Positions 38,155 through 47,185 of a stretch of DNA of 64,000 nt are shown piece by piece. The position numbers and the translations under genes were made by a program. This stretch comes from an uncultured Verrucomicrobiae bacterium (GTDB lineage: Bacteria; Verrucomicrobiota; Verrucomicrobiia; Chthoniobacterales; UBA10450). The stretch covers positions 167,308 to 231,307 of the forward strand of contig CAVXLV010000006.1 of NCBI GenBank assembly GCA_963762685.1, written 5' to 3'. Within the stretch, counting starts at the first letter, position 1. The number at the start of each line of letters is the position of its first letter. The notes beneath the pieces are model-generated. The model was not told where the DNA came from, made no database searches, and saw only the letters and a list, made by a program, of their open reading frames with translations.

Positions 38155-40678
38155 GTTTGGGATCTTGGACGTGGGTCGAAGAAGATTCTTCGCGCCAGAG
38201 TTTGGGTTCCGCCGCCGCGGTGGCGGGCAAAGCGAAAAATATGGTCGAAACAAGGCTCCAGAAAATGCCGACCGCGCAGGCGATGCCGAGGCCAGCCAAG
38301 GTAGGATTATTAGCCAAGCCCAAGGCACCGAAACCAGCGACTGCGGTCAAGCCGGCGAGGATGACAGGCTTGATCACGCCTGCGACATCGTGCTCGAGCT
38401 CCTCGGCCTTTTGCCAAACCAGGAGGACGTAAATGCCGTAATCCACCCCGATGGCGAGGACGAGACGGAAGGCGAGCACGTTTAGAATATTGAGCGGGAG
38501 ATGGAAGAGCTTCATGGTCGCGATCATGGCGCCGACGGCGAATACGAGGGTGGCCACATGGATGAGCCAAAGTCGCCAATCGCGATACAAAAACGCGAGC
38601 AATCCACCTTCGAAAACCGCCATCATCGCGCTGATGAGAATGAGCTGGCGGTGCGACCACGGAATCAAATCTGTCAGCGTAAAGCTCCAGCCCGAGATGG
38701 TCATGGGAACGCCGGCGACCGGCAGGTCCTGGGTCAGCATTTGTTTCTGCGCTTGCGTGGTGATGGGCGCATGCGTGGTCACGAAGCCCGTGGTCAACAA
38801 AGGATCGTGGGCAAAGTACCGATCAACGAGAAACCACCAGCTCGAGCCTTTGGGTAAAAGAGCACGCCAGTCGGGCAGGGTGGCTTCCGCGGGCGCGACG
38901 CGGGCGAGGTTATCGAGCAGTGCGATGGCCGGCGCGAACGTCTCGGCGTTGAAACCTTCCTGCACCACCGCTGCCTCCAGAGCCTGGCGCGCAGCCGAAA
39001 AATCAACCGTGCGTAAACGCGCGCGATTGGCCTCCAGTCTCGCTGGAGAAAGAGTGAGGGCGGCTGGGGTCGAGAAGCCTTTGATTTTTCCAGCGGCCTG
39101 CAGTTCCGCCCAATGTGCGGAAATTTTCTGCCAGACATCGTGCAATTGCTGCGCGTTTCCCGCACGAACGATTCCGATCGCCGGCTCCCAGCGCGCCGGC
39201 ATTTTTTCCATGATGGTATGCAGCGCGTAGCCAGCTGCGCTCGACTTCGGCTCCATCGATTGCGTGCTCGCATCGAAGATTAATTTCGGCCACGGCGAGA
39301 TGGCGATCGCCATTAATAGGAGCAGCACCGGCAACGAAATTGCCAGCATGGAAAGCGGACGCCGGACGGTCCAGAGGACATAGCGTTTCACGAGCGCGAA
39401 AATCCAATCGTGTCGTCGCACGTGGCTTTCCTGGGGAAGGAAGAGAAAGAAAACCGACATCATGAAAATGCCGGCGAGGAAGATACCGATGGCGATTAGA
39501 ACGCCGAGTTGGGTGAAACCCGTCGAGTTGCTCAGGAGTAAGGCGAGGAAGCCCACCGCAGTGGTGAGCGCTCCGAAGAAGACGGCCTGGCCAAGATTCT
39601 TGATCGCCAAACTGATCCCGGTGGCGTGGTCACAGCCATCATCGCGCGCCTGTTGATAGCGGCCGAAAATGAGGATGGCAAAATCAACTCCCAGCCCGAT
39701 GAGGATGGCGCAAAAACCGACCGTGACCATATTGAGCTCGCCGAAAATAAGCAGCCCGGCGGCGAGCGAAACCAGGCAGCAAAGCCCAAGCGAAAAACCC
39801 ATGCCGAGGAGCGGCAACCAGCGCTTAAAGCCCACATAAAAAACGCCGCCGACGAGGATGACCGAGCCGAAAATCGTGACGACGATATCGTGCCGCATGC
39901 TGAGCGAGATCTCCGCGACGTACGCAGAGCGACCGGTCACAAGAATCTCCAAGGGCCCGCCGTCCCAGCCCGTACCGGCGTTGGCGCGAAAGGCGTTTAC
40001 TTCCTTCATCAAGCGCTGGCACTCGAACGCGCCGATGTCCTTTTGATTCGTGACGGTAACGAAGACGCGCATCGTGCGATCGGGCGAGGTGAGCGGTTGG
40101 TCGTCCTCCATGGAGGCGTTGCTGGCGAAAGGCTTGAGGGCGGGCGCGATCACACCCAGCGGATCGAGGGTGAGTTCAAATTGCGGGCGCGGCGAGCCGG
40201 CCTCGATTTCCTGATGCAGACGCTGCAGGCGTTCCTGGATTTTTGCCGGCTGCAGAGAGGCGAGCGTTTCGCTGAAGGCGGCTTCGTCGAGGTTGAGCAA
40301 AAGCGGGACGGCGATTGTTTGTAGATCATGCACGCCCTCCGGCGTCTCCAGCGGCGAACCGGCGAGGACGCGTGCGCACCAAGGCTGCGCGCGGAGCGCT
40401 TCCGCGAATTGCGGCGCGAATTCCTCCAGGCGATCGGCATCTTCCGGTTTGCTCACAAGCGCGAAAGTGAGCTCACGCACCTGCGCGAAATCGCGGTTAT
40501 AAACCTTCAGACCTTCGACGGATTCGAAGCCGCGCGGGAGAAGATTCAGCACCTCGGTGTCGAGTTTCATCCGCGTCACGAGCACGGCTAACGAAAGGCC
40601 TGCCAAGGCCAAAACGATGATCCAGACGAGGCCGCGTCGTCGGGTGACGAGATGACTTATCGTAGAATGCAACGGCAT
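38147..40678 (-). CDS. MMPL/RND-superfamily membrane transporter (lipid/polyketide exporter type)
   Basis: 843 aa and intact. It has two 6-TM bundles, each followed by a large periplasmic loop, and repeated sterol-sensing-like blocks GLGVDFAILIFGRY and AIGVDYGIYVLLVW. Confidence 0.8.
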   Translation of the reverse strand: MPLHSTISHLVTRRRGLVWIIVLALAGLSLAVLVTRMKLDTEVLNLLPRGFESVEGLKVYNRDFAQVRELTFALVSKPEDADRLEEFAPQFAEALRAQPWCARVLAGSPLETPEGVHDLQTIAVPLLLNLDEAAFSETLASLQPAKIQERLQRLHQEIEAGSPRPQFELTLDPLGVIAPALKPFASNASMEDDQPLTSPDRTMRVFVTVTNQKDIGAFECQRLMKEVNAFRANAGTGWDGGPLEILVTGRSAYVAEISLSMRHDIVVTIFGSVILVGGVFYVGFKRWLPLLGMGFSLGLCCLVSLAAGLLIFGELNMVTVGFCAILIGLGVDFAILIFGRYQQARDDGCDHATGISLAIKNLGQAVFFGALTTAVGFLALLLSNSTGFTQLGVLIAIGIFLAGIFMMSVFFLFLPQESHVRRHDWIFALVKRYVLWTVRRPLSMLAISLPVLLLLMAIAISPWPKLIFDASTQSMEPKSSAAGYALHTIMEKMPARWEPAIGIVRAGNAQQLHDVWQKISAHWAELQAAGKIKGFSTPAALTLSPARLEANRARLRTVDFSAARQALEAAVVQEGFNAETFAPAIALLDNLARVAPAEATLPDWRALLPKGSSWWFLVDRYFAHDPLLTTGFVTTHAPITTQAQKQMLTQDLPVAGVPMTISGWSFTLTDLIPWSHRQLILISAMMAVFEGGLLAFLYRDWRLWLIHVATLVFAVGAMIATMKLFHLPLNILNVLAFRLVLAIGVDYGIYVLLVWQKAEELEHDVAGVIKPVILAGLTAVAGFGALGLANNPTLAGLGIACAVGIFWSLVSTIFFALPATAAAEPKLWREESSSTHVQDPKHV

Positions 40679-40726
40679 GGCAGAGACGAGGCGGAGCCGC
40701 GACGTTCGCGTCGCAAGCTGCGCCGG

Positions 40727-41131
40727 TCAAAAGCGGAGATTAAAGCTGGCGTCGCCTGCTTTAGTCTGGATGGACTTGCGGCCGGCGACGATTTGCTCGC
40801 GCAGAACGAACCAGCCGCGCAAGTGTTCCGGCGCTTCCGCCACCGGGCCAGCCCAACTCCCGCGCGCCATCGGTCCTGTGGCGCTCCCAAATCCCGTGTC
40901 CTGGCGCAAGACCAGAAGGTTTACGCCCGGGCCTTTGCTAAAGGTAAATTCCATCGCGCCGTCCTTCGAGTAGCGCACTAGAATTTCGCCGATGAGCGAA
41001 ACCGTCGGGCTCTGATAAGAAAGCTGGCCGCTCTTCGTGGTCCACGCAGGTGAGGGCGTGGCAAATTGATGATCGGAAGTGGTCTGACAACTCGCCAGCG
41101 CGAGGAAAATTAAGCATAGCCAGCGTTTCAT
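40727..41131 (-). CDS. lipoprotein (possibly DUF3261/LolB-like)
   Basis: Realistic start at 41131: MKRWLCLIFLALASCQ, a lipobox with Cys. The mature protein is about 120 aa and beta-rich. ATGA overlap with the upstream FAD enzyme stop. The family assignment comes from genomic context only. Confidence 0.45.
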   Translation of the reverse strand: MKRWLCLIFLALASCQTTSDHQFATPSPAWTTKSGQLSYQSPTVSLIGEILVRYSKDGAMEFTFSKGPGVNLLVLRQDTGFGSATGPMARGSWAGPVAEAPEHLRGWFVLREQIVAGRKSIQTKAGDASFNLRF

Positions 41132-42437
41132 GAGAGAGCCTCCATGGGTTCCGAAAGGGGCAAAGATGAAGACTCCTGAGGGAGCAAAGTCCGCCGCGGA
41201 CAAACGGGGATATATTTTTGCAGCCAAACGATGGAATAAAAAACCCACATGCGCCAACGGATGGAGAAGGTGGTGCCGACATTGCCGCCCAGGATTGCGT
41301 TCACGGCGGGAGGTAGCTGCAGGAAATCCTGCGGATGCAGGAAGACTTCGATGAACTCCTTGCTATACCAGGCATCCACGAACCGCAGATAGACCTTCAT
41401 CGCGCGCTGCACGGTCCGCTCATAGCGCGCGAAGAGGCGGCGTTTTTGGCGGGGTCGGTCGAGCACAACGTGCAAGGCATCGGCCGCGCGCTCGCCGGCC
41501 ATGATGGCGAGAAAAACACCGCTACTGAAGACCGGGTCGATGAAGCCCGCAGCGTCTCCGGCGAGCAACCAGCGGTCGCCGGCCAGCTTCTCATTTCGAT
41601 ACGAAAAATCGGCCGCTACCGTCACCGGCGTCGCGCGGGTCGGAGGCAAACATGCGGTTGGCGATCACCGGCTGCTCGGCGAGCGAGCTTTCGAGAAATT
41701 CTTCCGGACTCTGCTTCGCTGCTTTGAAAACAGCCGCGTCGAGCACGACGCCGATGCTCATGCGTTCTGCGCTGAGCGGGATCATCCAAAACCAGCGGTC
41801 GAGCGCGCGCACCAGCCGGGTCAGCGTTCCATCAATGCCCGGCTCGCGCACGACGCCGTCATAGTGCGCGAAGATCGAAACCTTTTGCAGGTGCGCGTAG
41901 TTTTTCTTGAGCTTGAAATGCGAACCCACCACGGAGTTCCGGCCACTGGCATCGACCACATAACGCGCAGCCAGGTTCCGAGGCGCGGAGCCCTTTCCCT
42001 GAATGCGAAGCTGCACTTTATCCGTCCGCGAATTCGACCCGCTCGACTTTGGTTTCTTGCTGCACTTCGGCGCCACTTTCCGCCGCGTGATCGAGCAGGA
42101 TGTGATCGAACTCCGCGCGCGTGACCTGATAGGAGCGATCTGTTTGCGATCCGAACCCATTTTTGAAATAAAACTTCACGCCTTCTTCGCTGCAGGCGCC
42201 CACCATTTCGCCGCCAAATTTCTCCATGAAACCGGCGCGCTGAAACTTTTCCTGCACACCCAGCCGCTGAAACGCTTTCATGCTGAAGGGCAGAAGCGAT
42301 TCGCCAATGTGGAAGCGGGGGAATTTCTCGCGTTCCAAAACAATCACGCGCCGCCCGGCACGGGCCAGCAGCGTGGCCGCGGTGCTGCCCGCTGGGCCTC
42401 CGCCGATGATCGCTACGTCGTAAAGTTCCTCTGCCAT
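41128..42437 (-). pseudogene. FAD-dependent oxidoreductase, flavin-dependent halogenase / geranylgeranyl-reductase-like, two +1 frameshifts
   Basis: Three frames carry one protein. 42018..42437: YDVAIIGGGPAGSTAATLLA, VLEREKFPRFHIGESLLP. 41591..42160: RYVVDASGRNS, and DRWFWMIPLS, which matches the WxWxIP motif. 41128..41649: WLLAGDAAGFIDPVFSSGV. The joins are at about 42020-42024 and at the 41648-41650 run. The span is 1310 nt, which is 3n+2. Confidence 0.75.
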
Positions 42438-42556
42438 CGGGCAGCAGTGTATCGAAAATCACCGGCAAGCAAAGCAGGGGAGTCCACGAGGCGCCGATGG
42501 GCTGCGGTCCCACTTTCCGCTTCTTTTCCGCCCAGATCTCCGCATAATCAGCGCCC

Positions 42557-43063
42557 ATGAAACGTATCCTCCTAGCGTTGGCGCTCTTAAATTTTATTCC
42601 TCTCGCCCGCGCTGCGGAAGAGAAGGCAGCGGGCGGCACTCATTACAAAGCAGCCGAGCAGATGTTGACCATTCTCGACACCCCGAACCTTTTGAAGCAA
42701 TCGATCGATCAGATGGTGTCCATTCAGGTTCAGCAAAATCCGACCATGGCTCCGTTTGAGGGGGCCTTGCGCGAATTTCTCGGCAAATATATGAGCTGGG
42801 AAACGCTGAAGCCCGACCTGATCAAACTCTACATGGACGAGTTCTCTGAGGCGGAACTGGGCGAGATTAACAAGTTTTATCAGACGCCAACGGGCAAGAA
42901 AATGGTCACCAAACTCCCGACGCTGATGTCAAAGGGTGCGCAATTGGGAGCGAGTCGCATGCAGGCACACATGCCGGAATTGCAGGCTACGATTGAGGCG
43001 CAGGCCAAGAAATCCGCCACCCCCGCAGCGGCCAAGCCGAGCGCGACTCCGGCGAAGAAGTAA
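42557..43063 (+). CDS. DUF2059 domain protein, secreted
   Basis: 168 aa with signal peptide MKRILLALALLNFIPLARA. DUF2059-type block EAELGEINKFYQTPTGKKMVTKLP. Confidence 0.6.
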   Translation: MKRILLALALLNFIPLARAAEEKAAGGTHYKAAEQMLTILDTPNLLKQSIDQMVSIQVQQNPTMAPFEGALREFLGKYMSWETLKPDLIKLYMDEFSEAELGEINKFYQTPTGKKMVTKLPTLMSKGAQLGASRMQAHMPELQATIEAQAKKSATPAAAKPSATPAKK

Positions 43064-43076
43064 AGTCGCGCGACTT
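43063..43076 (+). terminator. weak candidate terminator/palindrome AAGTCGCGCGACTT
   Basis: A perfect 14-nt palindrome overlaps the TAA stop of the DUF2059 gene. The stem is short and there is no clear U-tract. Confidence 0.2.
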
Positions 43077-43217
43077 CTCCATTCGAGGAGGATGCGATGG
43101 ACAGTCGGCGTGCCCTCGTGTCTACGCACCGCGGAGGCTTCCGGGTTTCCGGCTTGTAAAGGGCCGGATCGATTCCATTTGTCCGGTCCGATTGATCGGA
43201 GGAAGAAGTGATCCGCC

Positions 43218-44324
43218 GTGAAACTGATCGACCGCTTCATTAGCCGACAACTCCTCGTGAGTCTCGGCTTTGCGGTCGCGGTCCTGAGCTTGGTCCTGGT
43301 GGTCGGGAACATTTTCCGGAAGCTCCTGCCGCTGCTCGTGAATCAGGACCTGCCGGCGGAATATCTTTTCGCCTTCATCGCCTACATCCTGCCGTTCTCA
43401 CTGATCTTCACGATTCCGTGGGGTTTGCTCACGGCGGTGCTGCTGGTTTTCGGAAGGCTCTCGGCGGATAACGAGTTAATCGCGTTCCGCTGCAATGGCG
43501 TGAGCATGGCGCGCATCTGCGCGTCGCTCGCGGTGATCGCGGTCATTTGCACGGGCGTTTCGCTCTGGTTGAACCTGAGTGTGGCCCCCGCGACGCAGCA
43601 GGCGCTCCGCACCATGATTCTCGATATGGCGTCGCGCGATCCCATGGCGCTCTTCGGGAGCGATCAAGTGATCGACCAATTTCCAGGGCGCAAAATTTAC
43701 GTCGGCCGGAAGGAAGGCAACAAGCTGGAGAACATCATCGTTTTCGAATTGAGCGAGAACATGATCCCGATGCGCGTCACGCATGCGCGCAGCGGAACGC
43801 TGGAAGCCGATCTGCCAAACAAGCGCATCCTCATGCACCTTTACGGGGCCCGTTATCAGCAACGCGATGAAAAAGCGCCCTACGATCTGCGGCGCATCCG
43901 CGACGGCATTAATATGGCCGAAGGCACATTGCCGATCAGCCTCGAGGAATTATACGAACGCGAGAAACGCCGGCCGAGCCGTTCCGCCATGTCGCTGGAG
44001 CAGTTGATGGAACAACTCAAAACCGGCACGCGAGGCGAACAGAGCGCGAGCCGCACGGAGCTGAACAAGCGGCTCTCTTTCCCGTTCGCGTGTCTGGCGT
44101 TCGCGCTTGTGGCGGTCCCGTTGGGCGTGACCACGCATCGTCGCGAGACCTCGATGGGGTTCCTCATCAGCCTGGTGGTGGCGTTTGCCTACTTCCTCTT
44201 CATCATCATCGCCGACACGTTGCGCTCGAATCCGAGCGTCCATCCGGAGCTTTTGGTTTGGCTGCCGAATGTGGTCTTTCTGGCGCTGGGCGGCTGGATG
44301 TTCCGGCGCCTGGCTCTGCGCTGA
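43218..44324 (+). CDS. LptF/LptG (YjgP/YjgQ) family LPS export permease
   Basis: 368 aa with a GTG start. N-terminus MKLIDRFISRQLLVSLGFAVAVLSLVLVVGNIF. Topology is 3 TM segments, a periplasmic beta-jellyroll region, then 3 TM segments. Confidence 0.8.
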   Translation: MKLIDRFISRQLLVSLGFAVAVLSLVLVVGNIFRKLLPLLVNQDLPAEYLFAFIAYILPFSLIFTIPWGLLTAVLLVFGRLSADNELIAFRCNGVSMARICASLAVIAVICTGVSLWLNLSVAPATQQALRTMILDMASRDPMALFGSDQVIDQFPGRKIYVGRKEGNKLENIIVFELSENMIPMRVTHARSGTLEADLPNKRILMHLYGARYQQRDEKAPYDLRRIRDGINMAEGTLPISLEELYEREKRRPSRSAMSLEQLMEQLKTGTRGEQSASRTELNKRLSFPFACLAFALVAVPLGVTTHRRETSMGFLISLVVAFAYFLFIIIADTLRSNPSVHPELLVWLPNVVFLALGGWMFRRLALR

Positions 44325-44636
44325 TCGCTCGACAGCCAGCAGCGGAAGCCAACGCGGCCGTAAACAACGCTTATGGCCCTGTCGCATTAGCGGGACGGCA
44401 GAATCCCGAGGATGGGAACGTTTGTTAGCACGGTAGTCGAATCGCGTTTGCGTAAGTATCTCTCCGGGAGTTTGTAATGCCGCAGATGCAGCGCGTGGCA
44501 CGAACGCTGCAACAGGTTGACTTTAGATCTCCATTTAGACCGGAAAACGTCGAATCCCGAGAACCAACATGCACTCACGAAACGCCGTCCGATTCATCCC
44601 GGCGAACCGGATGGTCGAGAATCGCAGAGCTTTCTC

Positions 44637-47063
44637 ATGAACGATCTTCGCTACGCCTTCCGCCAACTTCGGAAATCGCCTGCGCTCACCCTCACAGCGC
44701 TGGCCACGATCGCGATCTGTCTCGGCGCGAACCTCGCGATCTTTGCGGTCATCAATTCCATCCTGCTTCGCCCGCTGCCCTTCCCGCAATCCGACCGCCT
44801 GGTCACGATCTACAATACCTATCCGAAAGCTGGCGTGGAGAATGACGGCTCGTCAGTCACCAACTACTACGAGCGGCGCGGTCAGATCCCGGCTTTCTCC
44901 AACCTCTCCATCTTCCTCAATCGCCCCGAGCCCGTGGGCGAAATCGGTTCGACGGAGCAGGAAGAAACCATGCGCGTGTCGGCTGAGTTCTTCACAACGC
45001 TTGGCGCGGGGCCGGTCATGGGCCGGTCTTTCACGGAAGCGGACATGGCGGACGATGCCAAAGTCGTCATCCTCAGCGACGGCTTCTGGCGCCAGCGCCT
45101 CAACTCCGATCCAGACGTCCTCGGCCGCGATCTGCGCGTAAATGGCATCCTGAGGAAAATCGTTGGAGTCTTGCCTCCGGGTTTTCGATTTCTCTCTTCC
45201 GAAGCTCGCCTTTACATCGCGTATAAGACGGGCGGGGAGCAACGCGGACCCGCAGCGCGCCACTCCGGCGGTGGCGCCGTGCAGATGATCGCGCGCTTGA
45301 AGCCCGACGCGACCCTCGCCGAAGCGCAGGCGCAGATCGACGCGCACAACGCCGCGGTCGAGCAGGATAACCCCGACGCAAAAGCGATGGCGGAGGCGGG
45401 CTTTCGCTCCCCCGTCGCTTCGCTCCATGCGCATCACGTGCGCTCCATCCGGCCGACACTCTTGTTGCTGCAGGCCGGGGTGTTTTTCCTCCTGCTCATC
45501 GGCGTGGTTAATCTGATTAATCTCCTTCTGATCCGCGCGAGCGGCCGCACGAAAGAAATGGCGATCCGTCAAGCGATGGGCGCGCGCCGCCAGCATGTCG
45601 TTAGGCAAGTGCTCACGGAAACCGTTCTCCTCACCGCTACCGGCGGGTTGCTCGGCGTTGTGGCGGGCGCGTGGGGAACCCGGCTGCTCCAGATTCTCGG
45701 CGCGAATCGCTTGCCGCTCGGCGCGCTCATCGACTTTGATGGCTCGCTCGCGTTGATTGGCCTCGTGGGCGCGGTGTTTCTCGGAGTCGTGATCGCGGTG
45801 CCCATCGCCTGGTTCAATCTCGGCAGCCATCCCGCGAATGCGCTCCAAGCGGAATCGCGCACGGGCACGGTCAGTCGCGCCGCGCAGCGCCTTCGCCACG
45901 GCTTCATCGTGGCCCAGATCGCGCTCGCCTTTGTTTTGCTAACGGGTGCCGCGTTGCTCGGGCTGAGCCTCAGCAAGGTGTTGGCCGTGCCTCCCGGCTT
46001 TCGCGCCGACCATGTTCTCGCTGGCAAGTGCGCCCTCACGTGGGAACTCGGGAAGGATCGAGTCGCAGTTGTCGATCTCTTGCTGGAAGCCATCCGGCAG
46101 CAACCTGGGATCGCTGCCGCCGGAACGATCACGAACATTCCGCTGAGCGGAGAGAACGGCAAGACGGCGGTGGCGCCCAAAGGTCATGTGCCGCGGCCGG
46201 GCCAAACCCTCCAAGGTCATTACTCCTACGGGGTCAGCGGAGATTATTTCGCGGCTCTCGGCATCCCACTGCGGGAGGGCCGCTTCCTCACTTCAGAAGA
46301 CTCGCATCGGCCGGATCGTGTTTGCGTCGTGGATGAAGACTTTGCCTCGCGTTACTGGCCGAATGGCGGCGCGCTTGGCCAAAGGCTGGCGCATGGCGGC
46401 GAATCGCAGGACGCAAAACTCTTTACGATCGTAGGCGTTGTCGGATCGGTAAAACAGGCGGAGCTCACGGAAGCTGCCGGGCAAGGAGCGGTTTACCTGC
46501 CCTACGCTCACCACAGCAACGCCGCCGCCTTTTTCGTCGTCGCGCGCACCAGCCAGAATCCGGAAGCGTTCGCCGAGACGCTGCGCAAACTGGTCCGCGC
46601 CACGCAACCGGAGATCGGGATCGAGAACATCCGTTCGATGGACACCCGCATTACGGACAGCCTCATCGCGCGGCGTTCGCCGGCGCTGCTTGCGGGAATT
46701 TTCGCTGGCGTTGCTCTCCTCCTCTCCGCGATCGGAACCTACGGCGTGCTCAGCTACGCCGTCGCGCAACGAACACGCGAGATCGGTATTCGCATGGCCT
46801 TGGGAGCGCAACGCAAACAAGTCGGGACGCACGTCCTCTCGTTAGGCCTGCGCCTGCTCGCGCTTGGGACCGCGCTTGGTCTATTCGGCGCGTGGCTCGC
46901 GGGTCGAGCAATGCAAAACGTCCTCTTCGACATGCCTACGCTGCCTCTCGCCGCGCTCCTCGGCACCGCGCTGGTGCTCAGTGTGACCTCCCTCGTGGCC
47001 TGCCTCATCCCCGCGCTTCGCGCCACGCGTGTCGATCCGATGATTGCCCTGCGTGCTGATTAA
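44637..47063 (+). CDS. ADOP-family duplicated FtsX/MacB-like ABC permease, paralog 1
   Basis: Realistic start ATG at 44637 ([50 protein letters not shown]). Two MacB periplasmic-domain plus FtsX 4-TM modules. C-terminus DPMIALRAD. Intact. Confidence 0.85.
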   Translation: MNDLRYAFRQLRKSPALTLTALATIAICLGANLAIFAVINSILLRPLPFPQSDRLVTIYNTYPKAGVENDGSSVTNYYERRGQIPAFSNLSIFLNRPEPVGEIGSTEQEETMRVSAEFFTTLGAGPVMGRSFTEADMADDAKVVILSDGFWRQRLNSDPDVLGRDLRVNGILRKIVGVLPPGFRFLSSEARLYIAYKTGGEQRGPAARHSGGGAVQMIARLKPDATLAEAQAQIDAHNAAVEQDNPDAKAMAEAGFRSPVASLHAHHVRSIRPTLLLLQAGVFFLLLIGVVNLINLLLIRASGRTKEMAIRQAMGARRQHVVRQVLTETVLLTATGGLLGVVAGAWGTRLLQILGANRLPLGALIDFDGSLALIGLVGAVFLGVVIAVPIAWFNLGSHPANALQAESRTGTVSRAAQRLRHGFIVAQIALAFVLLTGAALLGLSLSKVLAVPPGFRADHVLAGKCALTWELGKDRVAVVDLLLEAIRQQPGIAAAGTITNIPLSGENGKTAVAPKGHVPRPGQTLQGHYSYGVSGDYFAALGIPLREGRFLTSEDSHRPDRVCVVDEDFASRYWPNGGALGQRLAHGGESQDAKLFTIVGVVGSVKQAELTEAAGQGAVYLPYAHHSNAAAFFVVARTSQNPEAFAETLRKLVRATQPEIGIENIRSMDTRITDSLIARRSPALLAGIFAGVALLLSAIGTYGVLSYAVAQRTREIGIRMALGAQRKQVGTHVLSLGLRLLALGTALGLFGAWLAGRAMQNVLFDMPTLPLAALLGTALVLSVTSLVACLIPALRATRVDPMIALRAD

Positions 47064-47066
47064 ATT

Positions 47067-47159
47067 ATGAACGATCTGCGCTTCGTCCGCCGCCCACTCC
47101 CAAAGTCCCCCGCCTTCACCGCGCTCACGCTCGCGCTCCGCGACCTCGTCGCGAGATAA
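47067..47159 (+). pseudogene. 30-codon N-terminal remnant of an ADOP permease paralog
   Basis: ATG at 47067 reads [30 protein letters not shown], then TAA (47157-47159). It mimics the conserved ADOP N-terminus (MNDLRYxxRQLxKxPxFT) and then terminates. Confidence 0.5.
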
Positions 47160-47185
47160 ACCAAGCCACCAGCCCCAAAAATTCT

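Noticed and set aside
44325-44636. The 313-nt gap upstream of the ADOP array, examined for a PadR-like regulator gene, an ncRNA or a promoter.
   Set aside because: Only short ORFs with improbable composition are present (for example 44387..44578 on the reverse strand). A TTGACT box near 44515 has no acceptable -10 element at 16-18 nt. No stable conserved-looking structure was seen.
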